Shown here: positions 10,265 through 19,900 of the stretch, one piece after another | How the letters are laid out: every line of letters starts with the position of its first letter | How positions within the stretch are numbered: position 1 is the stretch's first letter | IMG/VR virus record: IMGVR_UViG_3300031548_000001 | Location: 31,021-95,020 of that record | Source: a virus | Direction: 5' to 3' (one strand) | Length of the DNA stretch: 64,000 nt | Notes under the pieces: model-generated | What the model was told of the DNA's origin: nothing | Databases searched by the model: none | Seen by the model: the letters and a program-made list of their open reading frames with translations, nothing else | Translations under genes and position numbers: made by a program

Positions 10265-10543
10265 TCAATTTGAGCAGCGGGCCCGGCGAATACGGCTCTT
10301 GCGAACCATGCGCTGACACTCGCGCATCATGCCCCAAATCTTCGGAGGGCGTGAGGTTCCCATAAGCATGTAATCACTCCGCCGACGACGACGGACCTCA
10401 AACGGAACGATAACCTGCGCAGGTGCTGTTGGCACCGGATTGGATGGCGCGTGCTGAGCCGCAGGCGCTGGCGCGTATGTGATCGCCTGCGCGGGAGCCG
10501 GCGCAACAGCTGAAGAGAATAGGGAAAGCAGTTCGATAATCAT
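10265..10543 (-). CDS. Hypothetical protein
   Basis: ATGA overlap with the upstream gene. Confidence 0.45.
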   Translation of the reverse strand: MIIELLSLFSSAVAPAPAQAITYAPAPAAQHAPSNPVPTAPAQVIVPFEVRRRRRSDYMLMGTSRPPKIWGMMRECQRMVRKSRIRRARCSN

Positions 10544-10869
10544 TGTGGCATGAGCGGCACGGTTTGGCCGGCGAGTGGGTGAGTGCAGTCGGCGAGAAAT
10601 TGGATTTGCCCGTCGCGCACGAATGAGTGGCAGCGCCGCGCCGGGATGTCGTCAGGGCCAGCGCCGCCGTAGGTCACTACGAGACTCGGCTCGAATGTAG
10701 GGCGAACCATATCGCCGTTCCATCGCCACTGAGCGCCGTTGCTCGCAGGCTTCGACGTCCACACGCCATGCTCGATCCGGCAGCCAGGGCAGAAGAACAC
10801 GACGTCGGGCATGTTGACGCGCTCACACGTGGGCGCGGCGATGCGGTGCAGGACGGGGGGCGTGCTCAT
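10540..10869 (-). CDS. DUF6527-like Cys/His protein
   Basis: FCPGC..H, W.WNGD..RPTF.PS, CHSFV.DG.IQFL.DCTH.LAG motifs. Confidence 0.75.
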   Translation of the reverse strand: MSTPPVLHRIAAPTCERVNMPDVVFFCPGCRIEHGVWTSKPASNGAQWRWNGDMVRPTFEPSLVVTYGGAGPDDIPARRCHSFVRDGQIQFLADCTHPLAGQTVPLMPQ

Positions 10870-11429
10870 TCGGTGTAGTCGGCGTTGGTGACGGGTGCGG
10901 AACGGCGGTTGGCTCGGCGGCCGTTTGCGATGCCGAAGATGATGTCGATCTCAGCAACGAAGCTCAGGTCGTTGATCTCCGACATGCGGCACTCCGTCGT
11001 GAACTGCTCGCTCAGTAGCTGAATCGGATGCCCTCCCTTAAGCAGCGGCGTTCCGTCTTTGCGGTGCAGCGTAAGCAAGGTGTCGGACTCGCCGGTGCTT
11101 GGGCTGATCTCGATCGCATCCATGACCTTTTCGACCCAGTTGTAGAGGCCGTCCTTTTGGGTGGGGTCCATCGATACCCAGCCATTCTTGCGGCTTGTCT
11201 TCACGAAAAGCGTGATTCGGCCATCCGTGCGACCGACGCTATCCTTGATGCCCAGTTCGGTCATTGTGACCTGCGGCAGGTCCTTTTCACCGTCGATTCG
11301 GTATTCACCGTTGGGCTTAACCTTCAGGCCATCGAGCAAGCCGTTTGGCTTGTCGTTACCCGCATCAACAGGCCGGGCTTGAAGCTCAAGGCGTGTCCAG
11401 ACTTCACGAAGTGCAGCTACGTAGATCAT
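10866..11429 (-). CDS. Tail terminator-like protein
   Basis: Position after the gp10-like neck gene. Confidence 0.55.
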   Translation of the reverse strand: MIYVAALREVWTRLELQARPVDAGNDKPNGLLDGLKVKPNGEYRIDGEKDLPQVTMTELGIKDSVGRTDGRITLFVKTSRKNGWVSMDPTQKDGLYNWVEKVMDAIEISPSTGESDTLLTLHRKDGTPLLKGGHPIQLLSEQFTTECRMSEINDLSFVAEIDIIFGIANGRRANRRSAPVTNADYTE

Positions 11430-11929
11430 TTGATGAGTTTCTCCAAAAAGGATTTCACTTGGTTTTTAAGAATCTCCATGGCTCGAGGCCTGAACTTTTC
11501 GACGATGTGCATGGCCTTGATACCGCGGACACGGCGGGCGAGGTAGTAGTCCCGGCCGAACTTGAGCGCCGCATTCCAGCCACCGATCGCAGCGCGAGAG
11601 TTGAGCGGCACGAAGAGGTATTTTTTCGACTTCGGATAGATGTAGCCGCCGTGGCTCGTAGCCGTGCCCGCATTGCCGGTGCCGTGCTCAAGCCAATTCA
11701 TCGCCTTCGAGTTGTTGAACACCAGGCGCTGGGCGATTCCGGTTTTCTCAACTTTCCACTCACGCCGAGTGATGCCTGTATATCGTTTTGGCGTCAGTTC
11801 GACGAGCTCGCGGTAAACCTTCCAGCCGGCGATTTCCACCGGTTGATCAAACGCCTCGTCACGGAGCGCATTGAGCATGACGCCGATCTTCTGTTCGGCG
11901 TCACCGGTGCTGAAATCGGTCGAGAACAT
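11426..11929 (-). CDS. HK97 gp10-like neck protein
   Basis: TP..TG..RR.W, LEHGT, IYPK motifs. Confidence 0.75.
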   Translation of the reverse strand: MFSTDFSTGDAEQKIGVMLNALRDEAFDQPVEIAGWKVYRELVELTPKRYTGITRREWKVEKTGIAQRLVFNNSKAMNWLEHGTGNAGTATSHGGYIYPKSKKYLFVPLNSRAAIGGWNAALKFGRDYYLARRVRGIKAMHIVEKFRPRAMEILKNQVKSFLEKLIK

Positions 11930-12561
11930 CAGATCACCTGCATGCGGTAGCGGTTGAGTGATCCGGTCAGGTCAGGCGGCAGATTACGCACTGTCGCCAC
12001 TTGGCGAGAGCCATCAGCCGCAACGAACTCGCGCTTCACCAAGCCGCTGCGGATCGCCGCCAACACACGGCAGACGGTGCCCACTTCCTGAGGCAGATCC
12101 GTGCACGGCACCGCCAAGGGCGTCGTGGTCGCTGGCGTGAAACCAAACACACCCGTGAGCTCGATACGTGGGGGCAAGGCAAACGTGCGATTGGATCCGA
12201 AATAGGCCTGCTGTTTCTGCCAGCGACCGATCCGGATGATCTTGGCTGTCGACCGCGGCACGCTGTTTTCAAACGTGTATTGATCGGTCGCCAGCTCCAC
12301 ACCGTCCACCGTGATCTTCGTGAGCGTCCGCACCGGCATCGGCAGATAGATTACGTTTTCCGCGCACCAGCCAGAAAGCACCGACAAAGGAGACGAAGCG
12401 TGATCATGAGCGAGGAAGTCGCGGCGGCAGTAGTCATCAATCCATCGGCTCGCCCAGTTGATCTCGCTCTGTAGATCTGCGACAGAGTCCGGAGTGTCGT
12501 TGCGGGTCTCGGTCTGCACCTCTTTGAGCGTGCAGTAGGGATTGAGGAGCGTGGTGCTCAT
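11929..12561 (-). CDS. Head-tail adaptor
   Basis: YCTL.EV, I..ASRWID.YC.R.F motifs. Confidence 0.8.
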   Translation of the reverse strand: MSTTLLNPYCTLKEVQTETRNDTPDSVADLQSEINWASRWIDDYCRRDFLAHDHASSPLSVLSGWCAENVIYLPMPVRTLTKITVDGVELATDQYTFENSVPRSTAKIIRIGRWQKQQAYFGSNRTFALPPRIELTGVFGFTPATTTPLAVPCTDLPQEVGTVCRVLAAIRSGLVKREFVAADGSRQVATVRNLPPDLTGSLNRYRMQVI

Positions 12562-12779
12562 GCGGTGTTGATGGTGATTGCGGATTTATTCTGCATCGCA
12601 GCGCGGCATGAGGGCAGGTGAGCTGCGCGATATTTCTTCATCTCTTCATCGAAATCGCGCACGACCGCGGCACGGCCCGCGCTGTTTGCGACGTTCAGGC
12701 GGCGGATAAGCAGGTCGCGTGTGGGGTTATCGAGAGGTGAGTCTTCGATCTGTTTTGCGAGTTTTTCTGGGCTGGACAT
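12558..12779 (-). CDS. Hypothetical protein
   Basis: MSSPEKL start after a CCCGAA leader; the longer ORF-track start would cross a terminator. Confidence 0.5.
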   Translation of the reverse strand: MSSPEKLAKQIEDSPLDNPTRDLLIRRLNVANSAGRAAVVRDFDEEMKKYRAAHLPSCRAAMQNKSAITINTA

Positions 12780-12825
12780 GGCTTCATTTCGTTTCGGGTT
12801 CGGGTGTGCTCGGACGCTGACAAAC

Positions 12826-12855
12826 AAAAAAGGGGCTCCTTGGTGTGGAGCCCCT
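12826..12855 (-). terminator. Intrinsic terminator
   Basis: AGGGGCTCC/GGAGCCCCT + U-run. Confidence 0.8.
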
Positions 12856-12864
12856 GCGTGAAAG

Positions 12865-13077
12865 TTATTCGTTGCCACCAGGGTTGGTGTCGTCGGCATC
12901 GGCTGGCACTTTATCGCCAGGCTTGGACGCCTTATCCTTGACCGGCTTGAACTGCTCGGGGGCGTGCTTTAACAAGCCTTCGCCCTGCTTTTCGGTGACC
13001 TCGATCACATCGCCATTTTTGACGATGCCGACGCCAGCCAGATTCTGCTCCTCTTTACCAACGTAACGGAATTTCAT
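12865..13077 (-). CDS. Small capsid-associated protein
   Basis: 70 aa downstream of MCP, GDVIEV motif, leader and terminator present. Confidence 0.6.
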   Translation of the reverse strand: MKFRYVGKEEQNLAGVGIVKNGDVIEVTEKQGEGLLKHAPEQFKPVKDKASKPGDKVPADADDTNPGGNE

Positions 13078-13173
13078 TTCAGGTTTTGTTTCGGGTTTCT
13101 GCGACTGCCAGTGAATCCGGCAGCACTCGTTCTGTATCCAAATTTCAAATATCGATTGAGCAGCCCTATAGTC

Positions 13174-13236
13174 AAGAGAAACCCGGCCCCCTTCAGGCCG
13201 GGTTTCATACCCTGAAATGAACTGATCTATCCCGAC
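13174..13236 (-). ncRNA. Candidate sRNA antisense to the phage CCCGAA/CCTGAA-ATGAA start motif
   Basis: TTGACG -35 at 13271-13266; predicted +1 at 13236; seed GAUCAGUUCAUUUCAGGGUAU; terminator hairpin GAAACCCGGCC/GGCCGGGUUUC-UCUU; no ORF. Confidence 0.6.
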
Positions 13237-13282
13237 GCGATTACGTGTTGAGGCAAAAACGAGTTCGTCAATCTATTCGCAC

Positions 13283-13316
13283 AAAAAAGGCCCGGACCAA
13301 TGACGGCCCGGGCCTT
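13283..13316 (-). terminator. Intrinsic terminator after MCP
   Basis: AAGGCCCGG/CCGGGCCTT + U-run. Confidence 0.8.
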
Positions 13317-13339
13317 CGAATCACTCAACTACCGGCTCT

Positions 13340-14920
13340 TTAGCTCGCGTAGTTGTAGCCGAGAACGGCCGCCTTGGTGTTGGCGAGCGACTCGATGGGC
13401 TTGAAGGCGCGGCGGAATGAACCAACCACGAACTTCTGCTGGAGGCTGATGTCCTTGTCCTGCTCGATCATGAAGCCGCGGCGGACGCCCATGATCCAAG
13501 CGGGCTTATAGACGATGAAGATCGAACCCTTGGTGGTGGTCACGCCGTCGTAAACACCGGAGGCGTTGAGGTCTTCACGGACGGCAGCCGAGGCGAGGAT
13601 GTCCATGCCGAAGAGGTTCGGCGCGAGACCGGTGAAGATGCGGGCCGTAGCCTTGTCGCCAGCCTTCTCGGCGGTGAGGGTTTCGGGCAGCATCACGAGG
13701 TCGTTGTAGGCATTGACGCCGGCAACGATCATCAGGTTCTTCGGGTTGAGGCCCCAACGCTTGAGCGCCTTGCGGAGCACGCCGATGTTGCTCGCGGACA
13801 AGCCGCCAGTGGCCAGCGAGATCTTCAGGTCAGCCTGAGCGAGAGCCAGCTTGCGGATACCGTCGAACAGCTTCGCTTGGTGGCGAGCCACGGCATGGAT
13901 GTCCGAGTCTTGGTGCGTCGCGGCGGTGTCACCGTTGATAACAGCGTTTTCGAGCGCTTCGGCGGCAGCCTCACCCAGCTGGGAGAGGATGTTCGGGAGA
14001 ATCGCGATGAGCGAATCTTCGTCGGCCTCGTAGCTGTATTTGACCTTGCCGATGAGCTTCTTCGCCTGGAGGACCAGGTCATCGGTGCCGGGATCGCTCT
14101 CGTCAGGGGTGCCACCCTCGGAACCGGTGTAGAACGTCGGACGGGAGGTGGACAGCGGGTAGGTGTAGTTGTCCGAAGGCATCTGGACCTCGTTCGCCGT
14201 AAGGGCGGCGGCGAGTTGGGACTCCAGATACATGCGGGCGAGGAGCGTGCTGGACAGGGTGGTGTTCATCCACTCGGCACCAGTGCTGGCTCCGGTCGTG
14301 GTGATCGCCTTCTGGGCGTTCACGCCACCAACGCGCAGACGGCCGACGATGCTCTTGACGCGTGCTTCGCCACGGCGCTCGGCATCCTTCAGGACGGAAT
14401 CCTGAATGCCTTCGTTGATGAAGTCGGCGCCCTTCGTCATGACGTTGAGCAGCTGCTTGGCGTCCACCGACAAGTTACCGGCGCGGTGAGCGATCGGGAA
14501 CTCGATGGAGGTGTCATCGTTGTCCTGATGCTGTATCTTGGAGTCCTTGCGGAAACCCTTCAGGGCCTCTGTGACGATGCCCTTGACGTCATCGGACGTG
14601 ATGGTGGCAGGCATGGCAGCTTTGACCTTCTGTGCGAGGGCATCGGCATCGAGGTTCTCGGGCTTGATGCCCTTGACGGCGTCGGCGACGATGGTCTTCA
14701 CCTGTGCTTCGGTGAGGGTGTTGCCGGCGGGGAGAGCGGCCTTAACGGCGTCCTCGACGGTCTTCTTGACGTCCTCGGCGCTCATGCCGTCGTCATCTTT
14801 GACGGCGTTGGCTTTGGCTTGGAGAGCGTTGAGCTCCTTGATTTCGTCGGCGGTGCGATCGGCGACGGCTTTGCTCATGAGTTCCATGAGGCGTTTAAGT
14901 TCTGCGGCGGTGAGTTTCAT
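13340..14920 (-). CDS. Major capsid protein (HK97 fold) with N-terminal scaffold region
   Basis: 526 aa; helical N-terminus; SEG..P.ES, L.AKKL, LENAVINGDT and FDGIRK motifs; after the protease gene. Confidence 0.92.
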   Translation of the reverse strand: MKLTAAELKRLMELMSKAVADRTADEIKELNALQAKANAVKDDDGMSAEDVKKTVEDAVKAALPAGNTLTEAQVKTIVADAVKGIKPENLDADALAQKVKAAMPATITSDDVKGIVTEALKGFRKDSKIQHQDNDDTSIEFPIAHRAGNLSVDAKQLLNVMTKGADFINEGIQDSVLKDAERRGEARVKSIVGRLRVGGVNAQKAITTTGASTGAEWMNTTLSSTLLARMYLESQLAAALTANEVQMPSDNYTYPLSTSRPTFYTGSEGGTPDESDPGTDDLVLQAKKLIGKVKYSYEADEDSLIAILPNILSQLGEAAAEALENAVINGDTAATHQDSDIHAVARHQAKLFDGIRKLALAQADLKISLATGGLSASNIGVLRKALKRWGLNPKNLMIVAGVNAYNDLVMLPETLTAEKAGDKATARIFTGLAPNLFGMDILASAAVREDLNASGVYDGVTTTKGSIFIVYKPAWIMGVRRGFMIEQDKDISLQQKFVVGSFRRAFKPIESLANTKAAVLGYNYAS

Positions 14921-15022
14921 TTTTGGTTCTTTCGTTTCGGAATCAGGTGGTGGTTTCGTATCGTTTCGTTTCGGGTTCTCCTGCTACTCCCCGTGGGGTT
15001 TGGTCGCAGAACACAAAGTGGG

Positions 15023-15931
15023 TCACTCGGTCTTGAGGCTCGTCTGGTTGCGCCAGAACTTCGCGAAGGCCTTCCGGCAGTCGGCCACGCCGAGGCTGCT
15101 GGTATAGGCGAGCGAGTCCGGGTTCATCGGCACAGGCGTGAGGCTGATCTCGTATAGCTCGGCTTCCTCGATGCCGTAGCCGTCGTCCTTGTAATACCAG
15201 ATGCCGCCAATGCTCAGGCCCTTCAGGTGGCCCTCCATGAGCTTGAAGCGAACATCGCGCAGGCCGGGCGCGTTCGAGATGGCGCCACGCACAGCCAAGC
15301 CTGACTTGTCGGTGCCGATCTTCTCCCACGAGCCGGCGAGGTGATCGACGGCGTTGCGGTGGTCGATCAGGATGACCGGGTTCTTCTTGAACGCGGCCAA
15401 AGTCTTGTCGAAGGCGCCCGGCAGCACGTAGTCGCCGCCGCGGTCGCGCTCGGTCGTTCCGACGAACGTGGAGGCATAGCCCTCGATGATGACGTCACGG
15501 TAATCGACGATGCGCGTGGCCTTGTCGTCGCCAGGCACAGGCTCGGTGACGGCCACGGCCTTCTTGTCGCCATCGGTCGCGAGCTTAATCTCTGCGCCGA
15601 TCTCGAAGTTGCGCACGCGCTTCGCCTGCATGAGCGCCTTGGTGACTTCGAGGTCCGTGGCCTTCACGGTTATCTCGGTGTCGGTTACGAGCAGCACTCC
15701 CTCGCGGGATGGAACCGCCAGCTGAATGACGAGCGAGTCGCCCTCTACGCGAAGAGCCTTGCCGGCGACGCGCTCGCCCTCGGAGGCGAAGAACACAGCC
15801 TTACCGAGCAGCTCCTTGTGAGCATCAGTCTTAACGATTGCCGGAGCCGGGGGCGCGACTCGCTTCTGGCCTACGCGAAGAACTTTTGCGGGGGCGAGAG
15901 GAGTGCGTTTGACCTTGAGGATTGCCGGCAT
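15023..15931 (-). CDS. Prohead protease (HK97 type)
   Basis: EGYASTF, DRGGD.V.PGAF, LIDH, GLSIG, LYEISL..VP.N motifs. Confidence 0.92.
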   Translation of the reverse strand: MPAILKVKRTPLAPAKVLRVGQKRVAPPAPAIVKTDAHKELLGKAVFFASEGERVAGKALRVEGDSLVIQLAVPSREGVLLVTDTEITVKATDLEVTKALMQAKRVRNFEIGAEIKLATDGDKKAVAVTEPVPGDDKATRIVDYRDVIIEGYASTFVGTTERDRGGDYVLPGAFDKTLAAFKKNPVILIDHRNAVDHLAGSWEKIGTDKSGLAVRGAISNAPGLRDVRFKLMEGHLKGLSIGGIWYYKDDGYGIEEAELYEISLTPVPMNPDSLAYTSSLGVADCRKAFAKFWRNQTSLKTE

Positions 15932-15937
15932 GCATCT

Positions 15938-15966
15938 CGTGTCGAAATGCGGACGGGCTCTGTCAA
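15938..15966 (-). promoter_or_regulatory. Late-type promoter TTGACA-N17-GACACG
   Basis: After a terminator; ATG 6 nt downstream (leaderless). Confidence 0.55.
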
Positions 15967-15977
15967 ATTTGACGCAT

Positions 15978-16008
15978 AAAAAAAGCGCCGAAGTGTAATA
16001 TCGGCGCT
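15978..16008 (-). terminator. Intrinsic terminator after the fibre module
   Basis: AGCGCCGA/TCGGCGCT + U-run. Confidence 0.8.
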
Positions 16009-16034
16009 GATACCTAAGTAATCGGCTGAAGATT

Positions 16035-16481
16035 TTACTTCAGAATGTAGGTCTTCACGACGCGACCGATTATGTTTTTTTCGGTCACCCGGGTGCCGTC
16101 GTAGTGGGAATTGTGAAGACCGGTCGATATCCAGTCTTCGCCTTCGCGCTCGGCGATTTGGTGGAGGATGTTGATCGAGCCGGCGCGAAAGACCACGAGG
16201 TCGCCTTTGCGCAGCGCGGAATAAGCAGGCCTCTCCACCTGGACGTAAGCGACGATGCCGTCATCGTCTCCGCCCGGGATGTAGGGCTGCATCGAGCCGG
16301 TGCCCATGACTGCCACGAGATCATGACCCGTGAGGATGAGATGCTGAACTTCGTGCAAATCCACCTGCACGGTCTTCGGCAAGGCCGTGACTGCGTTGTG
16401 CTGGCGCTTGAGTTCACACATGGCGAGGAGTGAGAGGGCGAGGATGCAGGCGACGAGGGCGATGATGGCTGATGGTTTCAT
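16035..16481 (-). CDS. S26/S24-like signal peptidase, membrane anchored
   Basis: N-terminal TM helix (MKPSAIIALVACILALSLL), GTGSMQP catalytic Ser, KGDLVVF, ILHQI, IIGRV. Confidence 0.7.
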   Translation of the reverse strand: MKPSAIIALVACILALSLLAMCELKRQHNAVTALPKTVQVDLHEVQHLILTGHDLVAVMGTGSMQPYIPGGDDDGIVAYVQVERPAYSALRKGDLVVFRAGSINILHQIAEREGEDWISTGLHNSHYDGTRVTEKNIIGRVVKTYILK

Positions 16482-16500
16482 GGTGCGTGTAAGAATGGAA

Positions 16501-16941
16501 TTAAGACGGCCAACCTGCGGTAGGGAGATCGACCAAGGCGGGAGGATTGGCTTCGAGTGTGTTGCTGTGGGCGCGGATGGCTTTGATAACCGTCCATATC
16601 GCCTGATACGCGGCGTTCGCAGCTTGGGCCTCGGGAGGCCAGGCTGACACCGTGGTGCCGTTGTCGCGCACCAACTCGACGGTGTGCGCAATCATGTTCG
16701 CCTGCTTCCAGCTCGGCGCGAGGATCAGGATACGGCGCTGCGCTTCGGCCTTTATTTGGTCGGCGGTAGCGAGGATTGCAGGCGGGGTTGCGATATCCGC
16801 CTCGACGTTCTCCTCGCTCGGCTCGCCGTTCGCTTGAATGCCAATCGTGCGACCATCAGCGGTGACAATGGTGTAGCTGGCGATTTCGTGCGCAATGACT
16901 GTGCCCAAGCTGCAAGCGTAGGGCTCAATGGGTGTGCTCAT
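16501..16941 (-). CDS. Fibre assembly chaperone
   Basis: IKAEAQRRI...W.Q.N...W..I.AIR..SN.LE...W pattern; after the fibre gene. Confidence 0.7.
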   Translation of the reverse strand: MSTPIEPYACSLGTVIAHEIASYTIVTADGRTIGIQANGEPSEENVEADIATPPAILATADQIKAEAQRRILILAPSWKQANMIAHTVELVRDNGTTVSAWPPEAQAANAAYQAIWTVIKAIRAHSNTLEANPPALVDLPTAGWPS

Positions 16942-16945
16942 GGTT

Positions 16946-19900
16946 TTATGCGTTACCGACGCGATGGCCGGTGATGGTGTGAACGAGTTGATCGGTGCCG
17001 TTGCTGTTTGCCCAGAGGTCAACAGTGGCGTTGAAACGGGTGGCAAGGGTCACGTCGTTGAGTCCGGCGGCGGCGGTGATGCCGGAGGCGTATTGCGTGC
17101 CCGCGCTCGCATTGCCCAGGCTGACGGTTTTTGACGTGCCAAGATTGTTGATCACCCAGCTGTCGATGCGGTGGCGGTTGGTCTCAATGAACACGCTCCC
17201 GCCGAGCAGCTGCTGATTGCCGCTCGTCGCTGTCGATGTGACGATGCGCCAGTCGCGCTTCTGAGTGGTCGGCGTCATGCCGACCAATCGGGCGCAGTTG
17301 CCGCCGATGGTTGTCCAGTCGTCGATGACGGGGATTGGTTGAACACCGGGAAGGGAAATAGCGCCGACCCGATTGGCTTTCACATTCTTAAAATAGGCTT
17401 TGTCGCCGGTGCCCAATGTGCCGCCCGAGTTTGGGGCGACCGATAGGCGGAATTGTAGCCCGCCACCGATCCATGGAATCGTCAGGTCGTAGGAAGTCCA
17501 CGTGTCGGCGACAGGCTGAACCGCAAACCCAGTGAGCGCCGAATTATCGTTTCGGATACCAATATATACGCCCGTCGTGTTGGCCGAAGGCCGATAAACA
17601 TCAAACCGGAGTCGAATGTATGCGCCGTATTGAATGGATGAAGCGAATCCCCTGTTTGCGGCGGCGGAAGTTCCGCCACCGGTATTGAGCTCAAGGACGT
17701 TATCCACCCCACCGATACTATCGACGTTACCAACGACGGCACCGTTCGACGCGCTCCACGAATCAACTCCAGCCGAGAAGTCGGAATTAATTTCAAGGAC
17801 TTGGCTACCGCCGAACGCTACCCACGCCGGAGGCTTGCCCGTGGTCCGCCAGGCAGTTCGTTCGGCATCCGTGAGCGAAGCATTGATCCAACATCCGACG
17901 GGCGCGGGGCCAGCGGGCCAATTTAGGCCGATCACGTAGGTTGTGCAATTCAGGCTAGAGTCCAGCCAGTTGGGTGGGGTTCCAGTAACGGTCGGACCGG
18001 AAATTAATGTGGAAATATCTACATCATTAAAATACGCGGACGGGTTAGTTGTGCCGGTTGCAAACTTGAGCTCCAAGAAACCGCCGTTGGTCAGATAGCC
18101 GGATCGGAACCCGCTGATACTTACCGAGCGTCGATCTCCATTAACCGCGCCGACCGCTTCGATGCTCAAAAGCCCAGAGGTATTGATATAGACTTCCAAG
18201 CGGTGCGCAATTCCGTTGCCTCCGTCGCTACTGATTATCGCCAACCAGCAAGTCGCCGCTGGATTGGTTGCCATGGGAGGCACCCAAAGCCGGAGTGCTG
18301 CAACAGCTGCCCCAGCGACATTGCCGCGAGCGCCCGGTGTTTGCCGGATGGAACGGTTGCTCGTCGCTCCATCGGAGATGATCTGGTCGGAGCCAAGGCG
18401 CTGAGCGAAGATCGGTTCGGCATAAGCCTTTAGCGTGGTGGTGGTAACCCTACCCGTCGGGGCAATCGGCAGCATTCCTGTCAGCGTCGCGATATTCTGG
18501 CCGATGGATGTGACGTCGTCGATGTATGTGCTCTGAACACTCGGCAGGGAGAGGGCGCCACCCGAGAAAAGTTCGACGTCGTCGAGGTCGATTGAGTCCC
18601 CAATTGATCCGCCTGCGCCCGCCCAAGAAAACGTGAGCCAGCTACCGGAGGCGGCGGTAAGCTCGAACGTCAGTATGTATTGAACCCACGACCCAGTTGG
18701 GACGATGGTCTGTCCAGCGCTGGCTGCGCCAGCGCCGAATGGCTTGTTAAACGCGACAACGATCCCCGGTCCGGCGATGCCAGTTGTTGAGCGAATCCAA
18801 AACCTAACTTGCACCTTGCCGCCGATGAAATTGATAGTCGGATTTGCCATGCCTGTGAGGCTGCCATTGCGTCCGGCCGTCGTTGCGGATTGAGCGATTC
18901 GGATGAAAAAACTACCGGCACCCCCATCACGGGCTCCCGCCTCCGAAGTCACGGTAGCGGATGAGCCTTGGGTGTCTGTCGTGACATTAGCGTCGGTGCT
19001 ACCCAACGAGAATGCGCGGGCTGACGGCACCCCGGTTACGGTACTACCTCCGAATGAAACCCACGCGGGCGGCGTTCCGGTCGTGTCCCAATAGGTGCGT
19101 TCTGCATCACTCAAAGCGCCAAGAATCCAGCAACCGAGCGGGGCCGGGCCAGCGGGCCAGTTGTAGCCAGTCGTATGATACGTCGAAACAAGGGCAGTAT
19201 CTAGCCAAGCTGGCGGTGTGCCGTTGGTGCTGGCGGCAAAACCCGCGCTGATATCCACGCCATTCCATCGCACAACAGGGTTGGTTGTGCCTTGGACCAA
19301 ATACACCTCAAGGGTCCCGGTTTGGCCGGAGTAAATCGTCCGAAACGTGCTATGGTTAAACAGCCGGAGGTCTGTCGCCACACTTGCCCCGTCTGCACGG
19401 ATAGTAAGCGCATTGCCGCCAAATCGAATGTCGATGTGGTGCGCAAGAATCCCAGGCTCGGAGCCCGACGCACTCGCCAATCCCGCCACATACGCCGTGC
19501 CGGATGGGGCACTTGACGGCACCGTGATCCGCCCGCGCCACGTCGCCGCCGCCGCGCCCGCGAGCCAGCCACGCGTCCCCGAGAAGAACGGTCCTTGTAT
19601 CTGTGCCCGGTTGGCCGTCGTGCCGTCACTGTAGATATAACCCGTGTCGCGCACCCACGCGTTGAAGCGGTCGTCAATGAGCGTTTGATGTCCAGAGTAG
19701 TATCCCGGGAGCTGTGTCCACGAGCCGGAAACGCCGTTGTAGATCGCGGCGTCGCCGATTGCCCAGGTCTTGGACTGGGACGTGCCGGCGGACGTGATGC
19801 GGTAGTGATCGCCCGTCGCCGTCGAGGTCGCAGGCACCGATGCGCCGGCGAGACCACCCTTGAATGCCTGCGCGATCGCGTTGAGCGCGGTCGCCGCAGA

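Noticed and set aside
13207-13225. Plus-strand gene using the leader ATACCCTGAA-ATG
   Set aside because: Reads ATG AAC TGA (2 codons); promoter and terminator point to the minus strand
5640-15157. Long plus-strand ORFs (e.g. 5640..6581, 13877..15157)
   Set aside because: Antisense shadows of high-GC structural genes with no recognisable motifs
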